This document shows positions 1 to 10,371 of a DNA stretch of 64,000 nucleotides, piece after piece. The notes under the pieces were generated by a model, which was given only the letters and a program-made list of their open reading frames with translations, was not told where the DNA came from and searched no databases. Position 1 is the first letter of the stretch. Each line of letters starts with the position of its first letter. The stretch comes from a bacterium (GTDB lineage Bacteria > UBA8248). A program made the translations under genes and the position numbers. The DNA lies in assembly GCA_965261085.1 (NCBI GenBank), contig OZ253442.1, positions 1,888,001 to 1,952,000 on the forward strand. The letters run 5' to 3'.

Positions 1-1
1 C

Positions 2-1042
2 CGCATCTGGGTGTCGCTGAAAGAGGGAGACCCGCGAGGGTCCGCCGAGATACCCGAGAATGAACGGGATTATTATCTCGAGCGCATGTACCCGAGTTTC
101 GGGAACCTGGCGCCGAGAGACATCGCCTCGCGCGCGGCGAAACGAGCGTGCGACGAGGGTCGCGGCGTCGGGGATACGGGCCTGGGCGTCTATCTCGATT
201 TCACGGACGCCATCAAGCGCCTGGGTCTGGACCTGGTGAAACAGCGCTACGGCAACCTTTTCGACATGTATGAGAAGATCACGGGCGAGAACGCCTATCA
301 GGTGCCCATGCGGATCTACCCGGCCATCCACTACACCATGGGCGGCCTGTGGGTCGACTACAACCTGATGAGCAACATCCCCGGCCTGTTCGTGCTCGGA
401 GAGTCGAATTTCTCCGACCACGGTGCTAACCGCCTGGGCGCGAGCGCCCTCATGCAGGGGCTGGCCGATGGCTACTTCGTCGCTCCCTATACGGTGGGGA
501 ACTATCTGGCGAGCCAGACGCCCGGCGATTATTCCGCCGATTCTTCGGAATTCACGCAAGCCGCCGACGACGTGAAGGACAGAATCCATAGAGTGCTTTC
601 CCTCGACGGCAAGCGCACGGTGTCCTCGTTCCACCGCGAATTGGGCCTCATTTGCTGGGATTATTGCGGAATGGCCCGATCCAATGAGAGCCTGTCGAAA
701 GCCCTGGACTTGATTCCCGCGCTCAGAGAGGAGTTCTGGGAAACCGTAAGCGTGCCCGGAGGAGGGGACGAACTTAACCCTGAGCTCGAAAAAGCGTTGC
801 GCGTGGCCGATTTCCTCGAATTCGCGGAACTGATGTGCTACGACGCGCTCGTGCGGGAAGAATCCTGCGGCGGGCATTTCAGAGAAGAATATCAGACCGA
901 AGAGGGCGAGGCCCTTCGCGATGATGAGAATTTCAGCTACGTGAGCGCATGGGAGGCGCCGAGCAACGGCGGGCGTCCGATATTGCATAAGGAAAATCTC
1001 GAATTCGAAGAGGTTGAATTCAGCGTGAGGAGTTACAAGTAA
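2..1042 (+). CDS. sdhA: Succinate dehydrogenase/fumarate reductase flavoprotein subunit (5' partial)
   Basis: Motifs [40 protein letters not shown]; frame open from the window edge; followed by an Fe-S subunit. Confidence 0.95.
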   Translation, partial: RIWVSLKEGDPRGSAEIPENERDYYLERMYPSFGNLAPRDIASRAAKRACDEGRGVGDTGLGVYLDFTDAIKRLGLDLVKQRYGNLFDMYEKITGENAYQVPMRIYPAIHYTMGGLWVDYNLMSNIPGLFVLGESNFSDHGANRLGASALMQGLADGYFVAPYTVGNYLASQTPGDYSADSSEFTQAADDVKDRIHRVLSLDGKRTVSSFHRELGLICWDYCGMARSNESLSKALDLIPALREEFWETVSVPGGGDELNPELEKALRVADFLEFAELMCYDALVREESCGGHFREEYQTEEGEALRDDENFSYVSAWEAPSNGGRPILHKENLEFEEVEFSVRSYK

Positions 1043-1788
1043 TGGACCTCACCCTCAGGGTATGGCGGCAAAAGGACGGACGGTCCACGGGAAGACTCGA
1101 GACCTATCAGGTGAGCGGCATCATTCCGGACATGTCTTTCTTGGATTTGCTGGACGTGACGAACGAGCGCCTGATTATGGAGGGCAAAGAACCTATCGCC
1201 TTCGATCACGATTGCCGCGAGGGAATCTGCGGCATGTGCTCGCTGGTCATCAACGGCAAGGCGCACGGGGGTTTCAACGGGACGACCACCTGCCAGCTTC
1301 ACATGAGGAAATTCAAGGACGGTGACACCATCACCATCGAGCCCTGGCGGGCGAGCGCCTTTCCAGTGCTCAGGGATCTGGTGGTTGACCGCACCTCGTT
1401 CGACCGCATCATCCAGGCGGGCGGGTTCATCTCCGCGAATACGGGAGGCGCGCCGGACGGCAACGCGGTTCCCATCCCGAAGCCCGACGCGGATGCGGCC
1501 ATGGACGCGGCCGCCTGCATCGGCTGCGGCGCCTGCGCGGCGTCGTGCCCGAACGGCTCGGCCATGCTCTTCGTCGCGGCGAAGGTCTCTCACCTCGCGC
1601 ATCTGCCCCAAGGGGTGCCCGAGCGCGCGCAGAGGGTGCTCGACATGGTCGCCCAGATGGACGAAGAGGGCTTTGGCAACTGCACCAACCACGCCGAGTG
1701 CGAGGCGATGTGCCCCAAGGAGATCAGCATCAGCCACATCGCCAAGATGAACCGCGAGTTCATCCGCGCGACCGTGAGAGGCGAATAG
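1042..1788 (+). CDS. sdhB: Succinate dehydrogenase/fumarate reductase iron-sulfur subunit
   Basis: [24 protein letters not shown] and [12 protein letters not shown] cluster motifs; TAATG overlap with sdhA. Confidence 0.95.
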   Translation: MDLTLRVWRQKDGRSTGRLETYQVSGIIPDMSFLDLLDVTNERLIMEGKEPIAFDHDCREGICGMCSLVINGKAHGGFNGTTTCQLHMRKFKDGDTITIEPWRASAFPVLRDLVVDRTSFDRIIQAGGFISANTGGAPDGNAVPIPKPDADAAMDAAACIGCGACAASCPNGSAMLFVAAKVSHLAHLPQGVPERAQRVLDMVAQMDEEGFGNCTNHAECEAMCPKEISISHIAKMNREFIRATVRGE

Positions 1789-1813
1789 GCTTTATTTTTC
1801 AGCTAGTTATCGG

Positions 1814-1842
1814 AGGATCCCCCGTTCGGGGAGCCTTTTTTG
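1814..1842 (+). terminator. Intrinsic terminator after sdhB
   Basis: AGGATCCCC-CGTTC-GGGGAGCCT hairpin followed by a T-run. Confidence 0.7.
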
Positions 1843-1944
1843 TTGGTGGCGAAAGCCTGGAGGTCAGCAGAAAACATCGGGTCGAGCGCATGGGCGTAGC
1901 AGCCTGGGAGGGGTGGAGAGTAAATGACCGAAACATTTGATAGT

Positions 1945-1972
1945 TTGACAATCAACCGGTTGTTGCTAGAAT
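1945..1972 (+). promoter_or_regulatory. Sigma70-like promoter
   Basis: TTGACA-16 nt-TAGAAT with extended -10 TG; palindrome CAACCGGTTG in the spacer. Confidence 0.5.
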
Positions 1973-2020
1973 TTACCATAAGATGTTGTTGACTATCGGG
2001 GCTCGTTTTTGGTGGTTGTT

Positions 2021-2206
2021 ATGAGAGAACTTGTTCGAAAAACTCAGAGTGACGGCGCTGACAAGGGCGTAGAGGTTCTGATGCGTGCGGCTCAGGAGGG
2101 AATGTCCGAGCAAGATAAGTTCGAGAAACGAAAAGAATATCTTGCTCAAGGATGTTCTCTCGATACCGCCAACAAACTTTTTCCTGACTTGCCCCCGGTT
2201 CAATAG
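2021..2206 (+). CDS. Small hypothetical protein (61 aa)
   Basis: ORF MRELVRKTQ... downstream of the predicted promoter; no motif recognised. Confidence 0.4.
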   Translation: MRELVRKTQSDGADKGVEVLMRAAQEGMSEQDKFEKRKEYLAQGCSLDTANKLFPDLPPVQ

Positions 2207-2461
2207 CTAGCCGTACCTTCCGATTCTTCGCGCTTGTTCGACGAATTCTTCAATGTCCCACCCCATGGCGGGTGCAAATTTCCTTGCCTGTTCCAACAAA
2301 TCATCATCTGAAAAGCAACTGCTCGTAAGATGCCGAATAATATCCCGATCACTTAGCGGCGTACCCTTTCCGCCGAAACCGGTTCTCGCCGCTTGGATAA
2401 TAATTTCTGCTTCGGACATATATCGAATGTCGCGAGGGTCTTCTTGATTACTCCTCCGCAC
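2207..2461 (-). CDS. Small hypothetical protein (alternative ATG start at 2419)
   Basis: Protein-like helical ORF whose stop abuts the stop of the convergent ORF. Confidence 0.4.
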   Translation of the reverse strand: MRRSNQEDPRDIRYMSEAEIIIQAARTGFGGKGTPLSDRDIIRHLTSSCFSDDDLLEQARKFAPAMGWDIEEFVEQARRIGRYG

Positions 2462-2704
2462 TGTTAAACCTGTTCCTTCCCCCCGTGTTGTCGTTTTTAT
2501 ATCGCTGGTCGATTTGGATTACGCGATGCTCCATATTCGATATGCGATAATACTACCGAATAGAAGAGATACCAAGCTAAAAGCCATCGTGTCTCCACTC
2601 CGGTTCGCCCAATCCCCCCTGTTTTCAATCCCGGCGATATGTACTATGCTGGAAAAATCCAGTGGGAGCCTGATCATCTTTTCTCCAAGAAGAGGGGTGA
2701 AGCC

Positions 2705-3442
2705 ATGACTGCGCAACAGGTAGAGATTCTCGATCGCTCGGAAATGACGGATCAATTGAAGGAAATGATAGCGCTCGATCCGAAGGAAACCACCATCGTC
2801 ACCATCGACATGCACCGGGGGCACTTGGACCCCGAAGTCGCCACCATGCCGGCGAGTGACGAGGATTGCGAGAGCGTAATCAGCGCAGCGGGGGAACTCC
2901 TCGGTTTCGCCAGAAGCCACGGAATTCCCGTCGTCCATGTGAAGCTCGTCTTCAGGAAGATTCCCGGCCTCGGAAGCGAGGGCATGAGGGTCCACTTCTG
3001 GAAGGCGCTCCACGACATTCAGGACGATAAGAACCGCTTGACCCTGGGGCGCAAGAGCACGGTGAACGACCACAACATCATGGGCGAGGTGACGACGGAG
3101 ATGATTCCCTCCCTCGTGGAAGAGGGCGATTACGTCATCGACAACAAAAAACGCCTCGACTGCTTCATGGGAACGGACCTCCAGATGCTCCTCGACTCTC
3201 TGGGCACGAAGAACGTGTGCTTGATGGGCATCAACACGAACACCTGCGTCCTGAACACGGCCTTCACCGCCTTCAACTACGACTACCGGGTGGTGATGCT
3301 CTCAGACTGCGTGAAGAGCATGTACGGGCCGGATCTACACGTCTTCGGGATGCAGAACGTCATGCGCTGCCTCGGCTGGGTGTTCGACAACGAGGAGTTC
3401 ATGGACAAGGTGGCCGAGGGCGCCGAGGGCAAGAAGAGCTGA
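2705..3442 (+). CDS. Cysteine hydrolase (isochorismatase family)
   Basis: Asp-Lys-Cys triad context IDMH / KKRLDCF / GINTNTCV; RBS AGAGGGG before the ATG at 2705. Confidence 0.88.
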   Translation: MTAQQVEILDRSEMTDQLKEMIALDPKETTIVTIDMHRGHLDPEVATMPASDEDCESVISAAGELLGFARSHGIPVVHVKLVFRKIPGLGSEGMRVHFWKALHDIQDDKNRLTLGRKSTVNDHNIMGEVTTEMIPSLVEEGDYVIDNKKRLDCFMGTDLQMLLDSLGTKNVCLMGINTNTCVLNTAFTAFNYDYRVVMLSDCVKSMYGPDLHVFGMQNVMRCLGWVFDNEEFMDKVAEGAEGKKS

Positions 3443-3552
3443 TTTCCACACGCTCGATAGAGAGCGATTCATAGGTTTCGCAAGCGGGCAGAATCGGTCG
3501 CGCAAGCGCTCGAAGAGCGGCTTTTTTGACTTAACTAACGAGGATTTCCAAG

Positions 3553-4347
3553 ATGCCGAAGGTTCAGGTGGGTGACGTAGAGCTTTATTACGAGGAATAT
3601 GGAGAAGGCGTGCCGGTCGTTCTCATCCATGGTCTCGCGGGCGATTGCAGCGCGTGGAAGGCGCAAATCGCGAGCATGGAGAAGAACTACCGCGTGCTGG
3701 CCTTCGATAACCGGGGGGCGGGCAGGAGTTCCGCGCCCGATTATCCCTATACGTCCAGCCATTTCGCGGCCGACACCATCGGCCTCATGGACGCGGTGGG
3801 CATCACTGAACCTGCGCACGTCATCGGCCGCTCGATGGGGGGAGCCATCGCCCAGATGATGGCGCTCGACTATCCCGACCGCGTGCGCAGTCTCCTCATC
3901 ACCGCCTCTTTCGGCAAGCTGGACAGGTATGGCTACCAGATTCTCTACAACATCAACGAGGTCGTGAAGGCCCAGGGCTACGGGCCTGCCGCGATGCATC
4001 AATCACTCTTCTTCTTCCCGCCTGGTTATTTCAACGAGAACCAGGAACAGCTCGACGCGTTCGAGGCGGTACTCGCGGACCCGGCTCGCCCCATACCCGG
4101 CTATGTGAATTCCACCCACGCCTGCCTGACGCACGACGCGCTCGACCGGCTGCACGAGGTGAAGTGCCCGACGCTCGTGCTCGCGGGCGGGCAGGACGTG
4201 CTGTGCGCGGCGAGCGCCTCGCGTGAAATCGCCGACCGCGTGCCGGGTTGTGAGATCAAGATTTACGAGGAGGCGAGCCACTTCTTCCTCATCCAGTGCT
4301 TTGAGGAATCCTTGAAGGACATCGAGGATTTTCTGGCGAGAAATTAG
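3553..4347 (+). CDS. Alpha/beta hydrolase (enol-lactonase-like)
   Basis: LIHGL, DNRGAGRS, GRSMGG nucleophile elbow, C-terminal His. Confidence 0.9.
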   Translation: MPKVQVGDVELYYEEYGEGVPVVLIHGLAGDCSAWKAQIASMEKNYRVLAFDNRGAGRSSAPDYPYTSSHFAADTIGLMDAVGITEPAHVIGRSMGGAIAQMMALDYPDRVRSLLITASFGKLDRYGYQILYNINEVVKAQGYGPAAMHQSLFFFPPGYFNENQEQLDAFEAVLADPARPIPGYVNSTHACLTHDALDRLHEVKCPTLVLAGGQDVLCAASASREIADRVPGCEIKIYEEASHFFLIQCFEESLKDIEDFLARN

Positions 4348-4464
4348 AATCAAGCGGAATGTGGGCGCAGTTCCCGCTCTCTAATTGGAAAACGCATCGC
4401 GGCGGGCGCGGCTGTGCTCGCCGCGATGGTCAATTTAGGTTCGATTTTCGGGAGCATTCTCTAC

Positions 4465-5658
4465 ATGGCGAAATTTACGGATCCCATCGAAGTTCGCGGC
4501 CGGCGCATCAAACACCGGGTGCTCATGTCCGCGATGACGACCTCGCGCGCCGAAGAAGACGGCGCGCCCTCCGCCTGGTCGCACGCGCATTATAAGGCCC
4601 GCGCCCGAGGGGGCGCCGCCGTGTGCTTCACCGAGGCGACCTACGTCAACCAGGAAGGGAAGGGCTTTCCCAACCAGCTCAGCACGCACGATGACGCGCA
4701 TGTTCCGGCTCTGCGCGAGTTGATACAGGCGGTCGAGGAGGCGGGCGCGCCGCTCGCGGTCCAGATTTATCACGCGGGCAGAACGGCGCTCAGCGCCATC
4801 ACGGGCATGGAGCCCGTGGGGCCTTCTCCCGTCCCGCACCCCACCGAGGATGAGGTGCCGCGCGAGATGAGCGAGGCGGACATCAATACCGCCGTTAAGG
4901 CTTACGGAGACGCCGCTCGGCGGGTGCGCGAGGCAGGGGGGAAGATGCTCGAGATTCACGGGGCCACCTGGTATCTGTGCCAGCAGTTCTTCTCGCCTGC
5001 TTCGAACCAGCGGACGGACGGCTACGGCGGCTCGCTCGAAAACCGCATGCGCTTTCCGCTCGAGGTGGCGCAGGCCGTGCGCGAAGGCGGGGGCGACGAG
5101 ATGGTGGTGAGCTATCGCCTGGGTCTTCTGGAGCCTTTCGAGAACGGCTTCACGGTGGAGGACACGCTCGCTTTGGCGCCAGCGCTCGTGGAGGCGGGGG
5201 TCGACATTCTCCATTGTTCGAGAAACGCGCGCGTGGGGCTGCCCGTGATGCCCGATTTGTACAACCCCGCGTTCGAAAGGCTGCGCGCGGCGGTGGACAT
5301 CCCCTTAGTCGCGAACGGGGCCGCCTTCGAGCCCAAGCGTATTCAGGCGTATCTCGACTCAGGGGCTGATTTCGTCGGCGTGGGGCGCGCCATGCTCACC
5401 GACCCTGACTATGCGAACAAGGCCGTATCCGCGCGGGACGGGGAGGTCATCCGCTGCATCGAGTGCAAGCCGTGCGCCTACATGACGAACAGCAAGTGTC
5501 CCGACGATGCGTATCCTTCGGGGATGCCCGAAGCGATGGGCGAGATTCTCGAGATAGCCTCCAATATGGCGGGCGGCGGCTACGCGCCCACGGCGAAAAA
5601 GCGCCTGACCACGGATGCGCCGGTAGAAGAGCAGCCCGAAGGCTCATCCATCTCCTAG
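4465..5658 (+). CDS. NADH:flavin oxidoreductase (old yellow enzyme family)
   Basis: QIYHAGR, EIHGA, NQRTDGYGGSLENRMRF, GRAMLTDP and C-terminal CIECKPC. Confidence 0.9.
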   Translation: MAKFTDPIEVRGRRIKHRVLMSAMTTSRAEEDGAPSAWSHAHYKARARGGAAVCFTEATYVNQEGKGFPNQLSTHDDAHVPALRELIQAVEEAGAPLAVQIYHAGRTALSAITGMEPVGPSPVPHPTEDEVPREMSEADINTAVKAYGDAARRVREAGGKMLEIHGATWYLCQQFFSPASNQRTDGYGGSLENRMRFPLEVAQAVREGGGDEMVVSYRLGLLEPFENGFTVEDTLALAPALVEAGVDILHCSRNARVGLPVMPDLYNPAFERLRAAVDIPLVANGAAFEPKRIQAYLDSGADFVGVGRAMLTDPDYANKAVSARDGEVIRCIECKPCAYMTNSKCPDDAYPSGMPEAMGEILEIASNMAGGGYAPTAKKRLTTDAPVEEQPEGSSIS

Positions 5659-5691
5659 CGGCACCTTCTAAAAGGATTATGAGAGGCTCAC

Positions 5692-5862
5692 GTAAGGGCG
5701 GACCTATGTGTCCGCCACCTATGTGTCCGCCCTGTTTTTTCATCTAACGGATGAGCGTAGGGGACGCATATATGCGTCCCGCATGGTTTCATGGCGTGTG
5801 CCGCAGATTCGCGGGCGGGCACAGGGGCCTGTGGGACAGCCCCGAGGAGGGGCTGTCACTAC
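5692..5862. repeat. Cluster of GTAG-type REP-like palindromes
   Basis: GTAA-GGGCGGAC...GTCCGCCC containing a 15-bp tandem duplication; GTAG-GGGACGCATATATGCGTCCC; inverted GACAGCCCC-GAGGA-GGGGCTGTC-ACTAC. Confidence 0.65.
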
Positions 5863-5876
5863 GGGTTCTGGTTGCC

Positions 5877-6599
5877 TCAATCCGCAAACAGCGAGCCTTG
5901 AATTTCTAGCGATTTCTTTTCCTCTGGCCGTCTTTCGAGACAGTCGGCGTCATCGTTTCTCGGGCTGTTGACCCGCTCGCTCACGGGGAAATACGAAAAG
6001 GCGTCTGCGGGATATGGCTTAAGAAGCCCCTGGACGGTCTTTGCGCGGTTCTCGTCCGGGTTCAGCCAGTCCGCATAGGACGCCTCTGGCAGGATAACGG
6101 GCATCCTGTGGTGGAGTTCCGCCAGCTTCTCGTTCGCCTCCGTCGTGAGAATTGTGCAAGTTTCGAGAACGCTGCCGTCCGCATCGGTCCAGCTCTCCCA
6201 AAGACCCGCGAACGCGAAGGGTTTTCTATTTTCCAGATGAATGAAGAAGGGCTGTTTTTTTCTCCCGCTTCCCGACCATTCGTAAAAGCCGTCCGAGGGG
6301 ATGAGGCACCGCCTGTAGCGAAAGGCGGCGCGAAAAGCGGGCTTTTGGGCCGCGGTCTCCGAGCGCGCGTTGATCGTCTTCGCCCCGAAATCGGTGTCCT
6401 TCGCCCAGAAGGGAACCAGGCCCCAGCGGGTGATGCCCAACTCACGCGTCCCCCTCTCTCGGGAGCGGACGATGAGGACGTTCGTCCCCGGCGAGACGTT
6501 GTAGCGGGGCGGAACCTCGCCCACTTTTTCGGGTTTTTTTACGTCCAGAATTTCCGCGAGCCAGGGGATGGGTTTGGTGAGGGTGAAGCGTCCGCACAT
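5877..6599 (-). CDS. SOS response-associated peptidase (SRAP, YedK/HMCES family)
   Basis: N-terminal MCGRF, RYNVSP, WGLVP, INARSET, GFYEW, HHRMPVIL. Confidence 0.95.
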   Translation of the reverse strand: MCGRFTLTKPIPWLAEILDVKKPEKVGEVPPRYNVSPGTNVLIVRSRERGTRELGITRWGLVPFWAKDTDFGAKTINARSETAAQKPAFRAAFRYRRCLIPSDGFYEWSGSGRKKQPFFIHLENRKPFAFAGLWESWTDADGSVLETCTILTTEANEKLAELHHRMPVILPEASYADWLNPDENRAKTVQGLLKPYPADAFSYFPVSERVNSPRNDDADCLERRPEEKKSLEIQGSLFAD

Positions 6600-6602
6600 C
6601 GC

Positions 6603-7649
6603 CTACAAACCCCGCCAGGCGAGGCCGTTCACGACGCCTAAGGGCGCTTGGCCCGCCAGGGCGCGGTGGATGTTCGCGAAGAAAATCTCGATTTCCTTGA
6701 TGATGTTTTCATCGTCTCCGCCCGCGCAGTGCGGCGTGGGGATGACGTTGGGCAGGCGCAGCAGGGGGTGTGATGCCGGAAAGGGTTCCGGGTCGAAAAC
6801 GTCGAGACCGGCTCCGCCGAGGTGGCCGTCTGAGAGCGCGCGATACATGGCTTCCTGATCGATCAAGGCCCCGCGCCCGATGTTCAGCAGGTACGCACCC
6901 TTGGGAAGCGCGCGAATTTCTTTTTCGCCGATGATGCCGCGCGTCTCATCGTTTAAGCCCACGCCGACCAGGAGCGCTTCCGCATTTCGGAACAACTCCT
7001 CACGCGCCACGGGCTTGGCGCCTAGCGCCTCGTCCACGGATTCGGGCAGCGGTGTCCTGTTCCAATACTGAATCTCCATCCCGAACGCCCGGGCGCGGAG
7101 CGCCACGCCGCGGCCGATGTCGCCCATCCCCAAAACCCCCAGGCGCATCCCGCGAAGGGGGGCGATTCCCTGGGTTTGCGTCCAGTTGTACGCGCTGCCG
7201 TCGGCCCGCCTGGGAGACGCGGGGTTGTTCGAACCCTCCCGGGCGGCGCGCACCGCAACTTCGAAATTTCTGGCCAGCGCGAGCAGCATCGTCATGACGT
7301 GATCCGCCACCGAATCGGTGATCGGCATGGGGAAGGTCATTACGGGCACGCCCGCCCCCGTGGCGCGTTCGATTTGCAGTTTTTCAAAAAAATAGCCGCC
7401 CGCCTGGATGAGTTTCAGCTTTTTCGCGCGCTCGTAAAAATCACCGGGAAGCGGATCGTTTTCGCAAAAGAAGAAATCCGCTTCCTCAAGCGCCTCCATC
7501 CGCTTCTCGGCGTCGGGCTCGATGATGAGTTCTATCTTCTCCTCATCCAGCGCGCGGGCCATGCGCTCCTCGATTGCGGGCGAGACGGGCCTGCCGCGCA
7601 AGGCGCGGATGCAGGGCAGCAGACGGGTGACGACGCGGACCCGGCGCAT
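6603..7649 (-). CDS. D-isomer specific 2-hydroxyacid dehydrogenase
   Basis: GMGDIG Rossmann motif, NIGRG, LDVFDPEP, TPHCAG. Confidence 0.9.
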   Translation of the reverse strand: MRRVRVVTRLLPCIRALRGRPVSPAIEERMARALDEEKIELIIEPDAEKRMEALEEADFFFCENDPLPGDFYERAKKLKLIQAGGYFFEKLQIERATGAGVPVMTFPMPITDSVADHVMTMLLALARNFEVAVRAAREGSNNPASPRRADGSAYNWTQTQGIAPLRGMRLGVLGMGDIGRGVALRARAFGMEIQYWNRTPLPESVDEALGAKPVAREELFRNAEALLVGVGLNDETRGIIGEKEIRALPKGAYLLNIGRGALIDQEAMYRALSDGHLGGAGLDVFDPEPFPASHPLLRLPNVIPTPHCAGGDDENIIKEIEIFFANIHRALAGQAPLGVVNGLAWRGL

Positions 7650-7652
7650 GGG

Positions 7653-9346
7653 TTATTCCGTCTTTCTCAGGAAACCGAAATCACAGCCTTGGGGCGCCTG
7701 GAGCACGTTTTCGATGAAGAGCCTGCCGTAGCCCCTCTCATAATGGGGCGACCCCGGCTCCCAGGCGGCGCGGCGGCGTTCGAGTTCTTCTTCCGGGACG
7801 TTCAGATCGATCCTTCGGTTCGGGACGTCCAGGGTGATCATGTCCCCGTCGCGAACCAGGGCGAGGGGGCCTCCAGCGGCCGCCTCGGGCGCAGCGTGGA
7901 GCACAATGGTCCCCGACGCCGTTCCGCTCATGCGCGCGTCCGAGACGCGCACCACGTCGCGCACGCCCGCTTCGAGCAGCTTCTTGGGGAGGGGCAGGGA
8001 GCCTGCCTCCGGGAAGCCGGGCGCGCCGATGGGGCCGGTGTTCTGGAGCACGAAAACGCTCTCCGCCGTCGCGGGAAGGTCGGGGTCGTCGATTCGCTCG
8101 ATCATGTCCTGCTGGGATGAGAAGACCACGGCGGGGCCTGTATGCGTCAGTAAATCGGAACTGGCAGCGAAATCTTGATGACCGCTCCGTCGGGCGCGAG
8201 CGAGCCCTTGACGATGACGAGGCCGCCTTCTTCCGAAATAGGCTTCTCCCGCGTGTAGATGACGTCCTGCCACGGCTGCGCCCCTTGGACTTGTCTGAGG
8301 TTTTCCGTCACGGTCTCGCCCGTCACCGTCAGACAGTCCCCGTGGAGCAGGGGTTCGAGTTCTTTCATCACCACGGGAATGCCGCCCGCCGCCGCGAGAT
8401 CCTCCATGAGGTGCTTTTTGCCCGATGGGCGGATGTTGCCGAGCATGGGCGTTGTGCGCGATATTTCATCGAACAAAGAGAGAGGGAGGTCGATCCCCAG
8501 GCGTCCGGCGATAGCCGGCAGGTGAACGACGGCGTTCGTCGAGCCGCCCACGGCCATGAGCACGCGGATGGCGTTCTCGAACGCCTCGCGCGTGATGATC
8601 TTATCAGGCGTGATGTCCTTCTCGATCAGGTCGACGATGCGCCGCCCGCTTTGCTCCGCCAGACGAATGCGTTGCGAGTTCACCGCCGGAACCGCCGCAA
8701 GGCCGGGGAGCATCATGCCCATCGCCTCGGTGAGGGACGCCATCGTGCTCGCCGTGCCCATCACCATACAGGTTCCCGCTGAGGGGAAGAGCGAACCCTG
8801 GACTTCTTCGAGCCGTTCATCGTCGAAATTGCCCGCCCTGTATTCGGCCCACGTTCCTCGGCAATCCGAACAAGCGCCCAGCACCTTGTCCTCGAAGCGT
8901 CCGCCGATCATCGGCCCCGCCGTCACGCAGATGGCGGGAATCTCCGCGCTGGCCGCGCCCATGAGCTGTGCGGGCAGGGTCTTGTCGCAGCCGCCGAGCA
9001 GCACCACGCCGTCCATGGGCTGTCCCTTTATCATCTCCTCGGTATCCATCGAGAGGAGGTTCCTGAAGAACATGGCCGTGGGGTTCATGTACATCTCGCC
9101 CAGAGAGATGGTGGGAAACTCCAGCGGCAGGCCGCCCGTCTGCCAGACGCCGCGCTTGACGGCCTCGGCGATCTCCCTCAGGTGGCGATGGCAGGGGTTG
9201 AGTTCGCTCCAGGTCTGGGCGATGCCGACGATGGGTTTTTCCAGATCCTCTTTCGTCAGGCCGAACCCCCGCGCGTAAGCGCCTCTCGCGAAAGCGCTGA
9301 AACCCGGATCGCCATAGCTCGTCAGTCCTCTCAGGTGGCCCCGCAT
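7653..9346 (-). pseudogene. IlvD/Edd-family dehydratase interrupted by a single frameshift near 8168 (pseudogene or sequence error)
   Basis: N-terminal part (NPCH, GCDKT, GTCMVMGTAS, GGSTN) shifts frame at GAVIKIS; C-terminal part (AASSDLLTHTGPAVVF, SDARMSGT, HAAPEA) continues in another frame. Confidence 0.85.
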
Positions 9347-9512
9347 CTTGGAATCTTCTCCCCTGGATGTAAATTTTGTGGAATCCACCCACATCATTCC
9401 TCATGGGTGGGGAATGGGCAAGCGCGCTCAGGGTCATCTTTTGCGGCGGCTTTCCCTCATGCGCGAAACAGGGTAAATTTAATGATGGCTCAGGACTCGC
9501 GCGACAGGAGGG

Positions 9513-10103
9513 ATGAGCATGAAGAAGAGACTCTTTGCTTCGTTGCCGCCGCTGAAACGCTCCATACGTTCGATTCTCGTTTTGTTCACGCTTTGCGCCC
9601 TGGCCTCGGGCGCGGGATGCCTGTGGGGAGGGAAACCCGCCGAAGTCCCGCGCAGCGGCAAGGGCGAGATCGTCGTGACGAGCAAGCCCGAGGGCGCCGT
9701 CGTCATCTTTAATGGGAATCCGCGCGGGGAGGCATATTCCCTGAGACCCGTCGAGATCAAGGGCGTGGACTACGGGCGTCATTTGATACGGGCGGAGTTT
9801 CCGGGCTACGTCGGCCAGGTTTTGGAGGTCGACGTGCGCGCGAAGAAGATGCCCATCGAGATACGACTGAAGAAAGACGGAGCCGGGCGTCTGGTCGTCC
9901 GCTCGAACCCGCCGGGTGCGGAAGTCTTCATCGGGAGCCAGTATTACGGCAAAACCGATCCGGCGCTCGAAGTGACGAATCTCGCCCCGGGCGAATATTC
10001 GATGTGGCTGCGGCTGCCGGGGCATGGGATGGAGCGCCGCAAGGTCATCGTCGAGCGCAGGCGGGAGCGCCGCTACATGGTCGTCCTGGACAAAGCGCCC
10101 TGA
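9513..10103 (+). CDS. PEGA domain-containing protein, probable lipoprotein
   Basis: Two PEGA repeats (VTSKPEGAVVIFNG, VRSNPPGAEVFIG); hydrophobic signal ending GAGC. Confidence 0.8.
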   Translation: MSMKKRLFASLPPLKRSIRSILVLFTLCALASGAGCLWGGKPAEVPRSGKGEIVVTSKPEGAVVIFNGNPRGEAYSLRPVEIKGVDYGRHLIRAEFPGYVGQVLEVDVRAKKMPIEIRLKKDGAGRLVVRSNPPGAEVFIGSQYYGKTDPALEVTNLAPGEYSMWLRLPGHGMERRKVIVERRRERRYMVVLDKAP

Positions 10104-10371
10104 ATTCATCGAATCGGTGATCAGCCGGCCCTGATAGATCGGACGCACCTCGGTTTTGGGCGGCTCTTACACTCGCGCGATTCATTCAAGGAAAGTCACT
10201 CCATTTTCGGGAGGATTCAGGTTGAATTTCGCCATCTTTCGGGCTGCCCGAGGGGAGGGCTTGATTCATGATGGCGATGGCTTTATCTTGATGGACGTGA
10301 TCCGATGAAATTTTAGGACTTCTTCCGATGTGCGCGCCCCGTAGGTGTGGGAGGCGCCGAGGAGACGAGAG

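Noticed and set aside
5692-5862. Possible CRISPR mini-array
   Set aside because: The palindromes differ from each other, there is no repeat-spacer periodicity and no cas genes
8147-8273. Programmed ribosomal frameshift in the dehydratase gene
   Set aside because: No canonical slippery sequence and no precedent I know of in this family; mutation or sequence error is simpler
8817-10148. Long alternative-frame or antisense ORFs (e.g. 8817-10148, 10186-11538, 16814-17956, 30037-31323, 41122-42366)
   Set aside because: They shadow well-supported genes in GC-rich DNA and have no recognisable motifs
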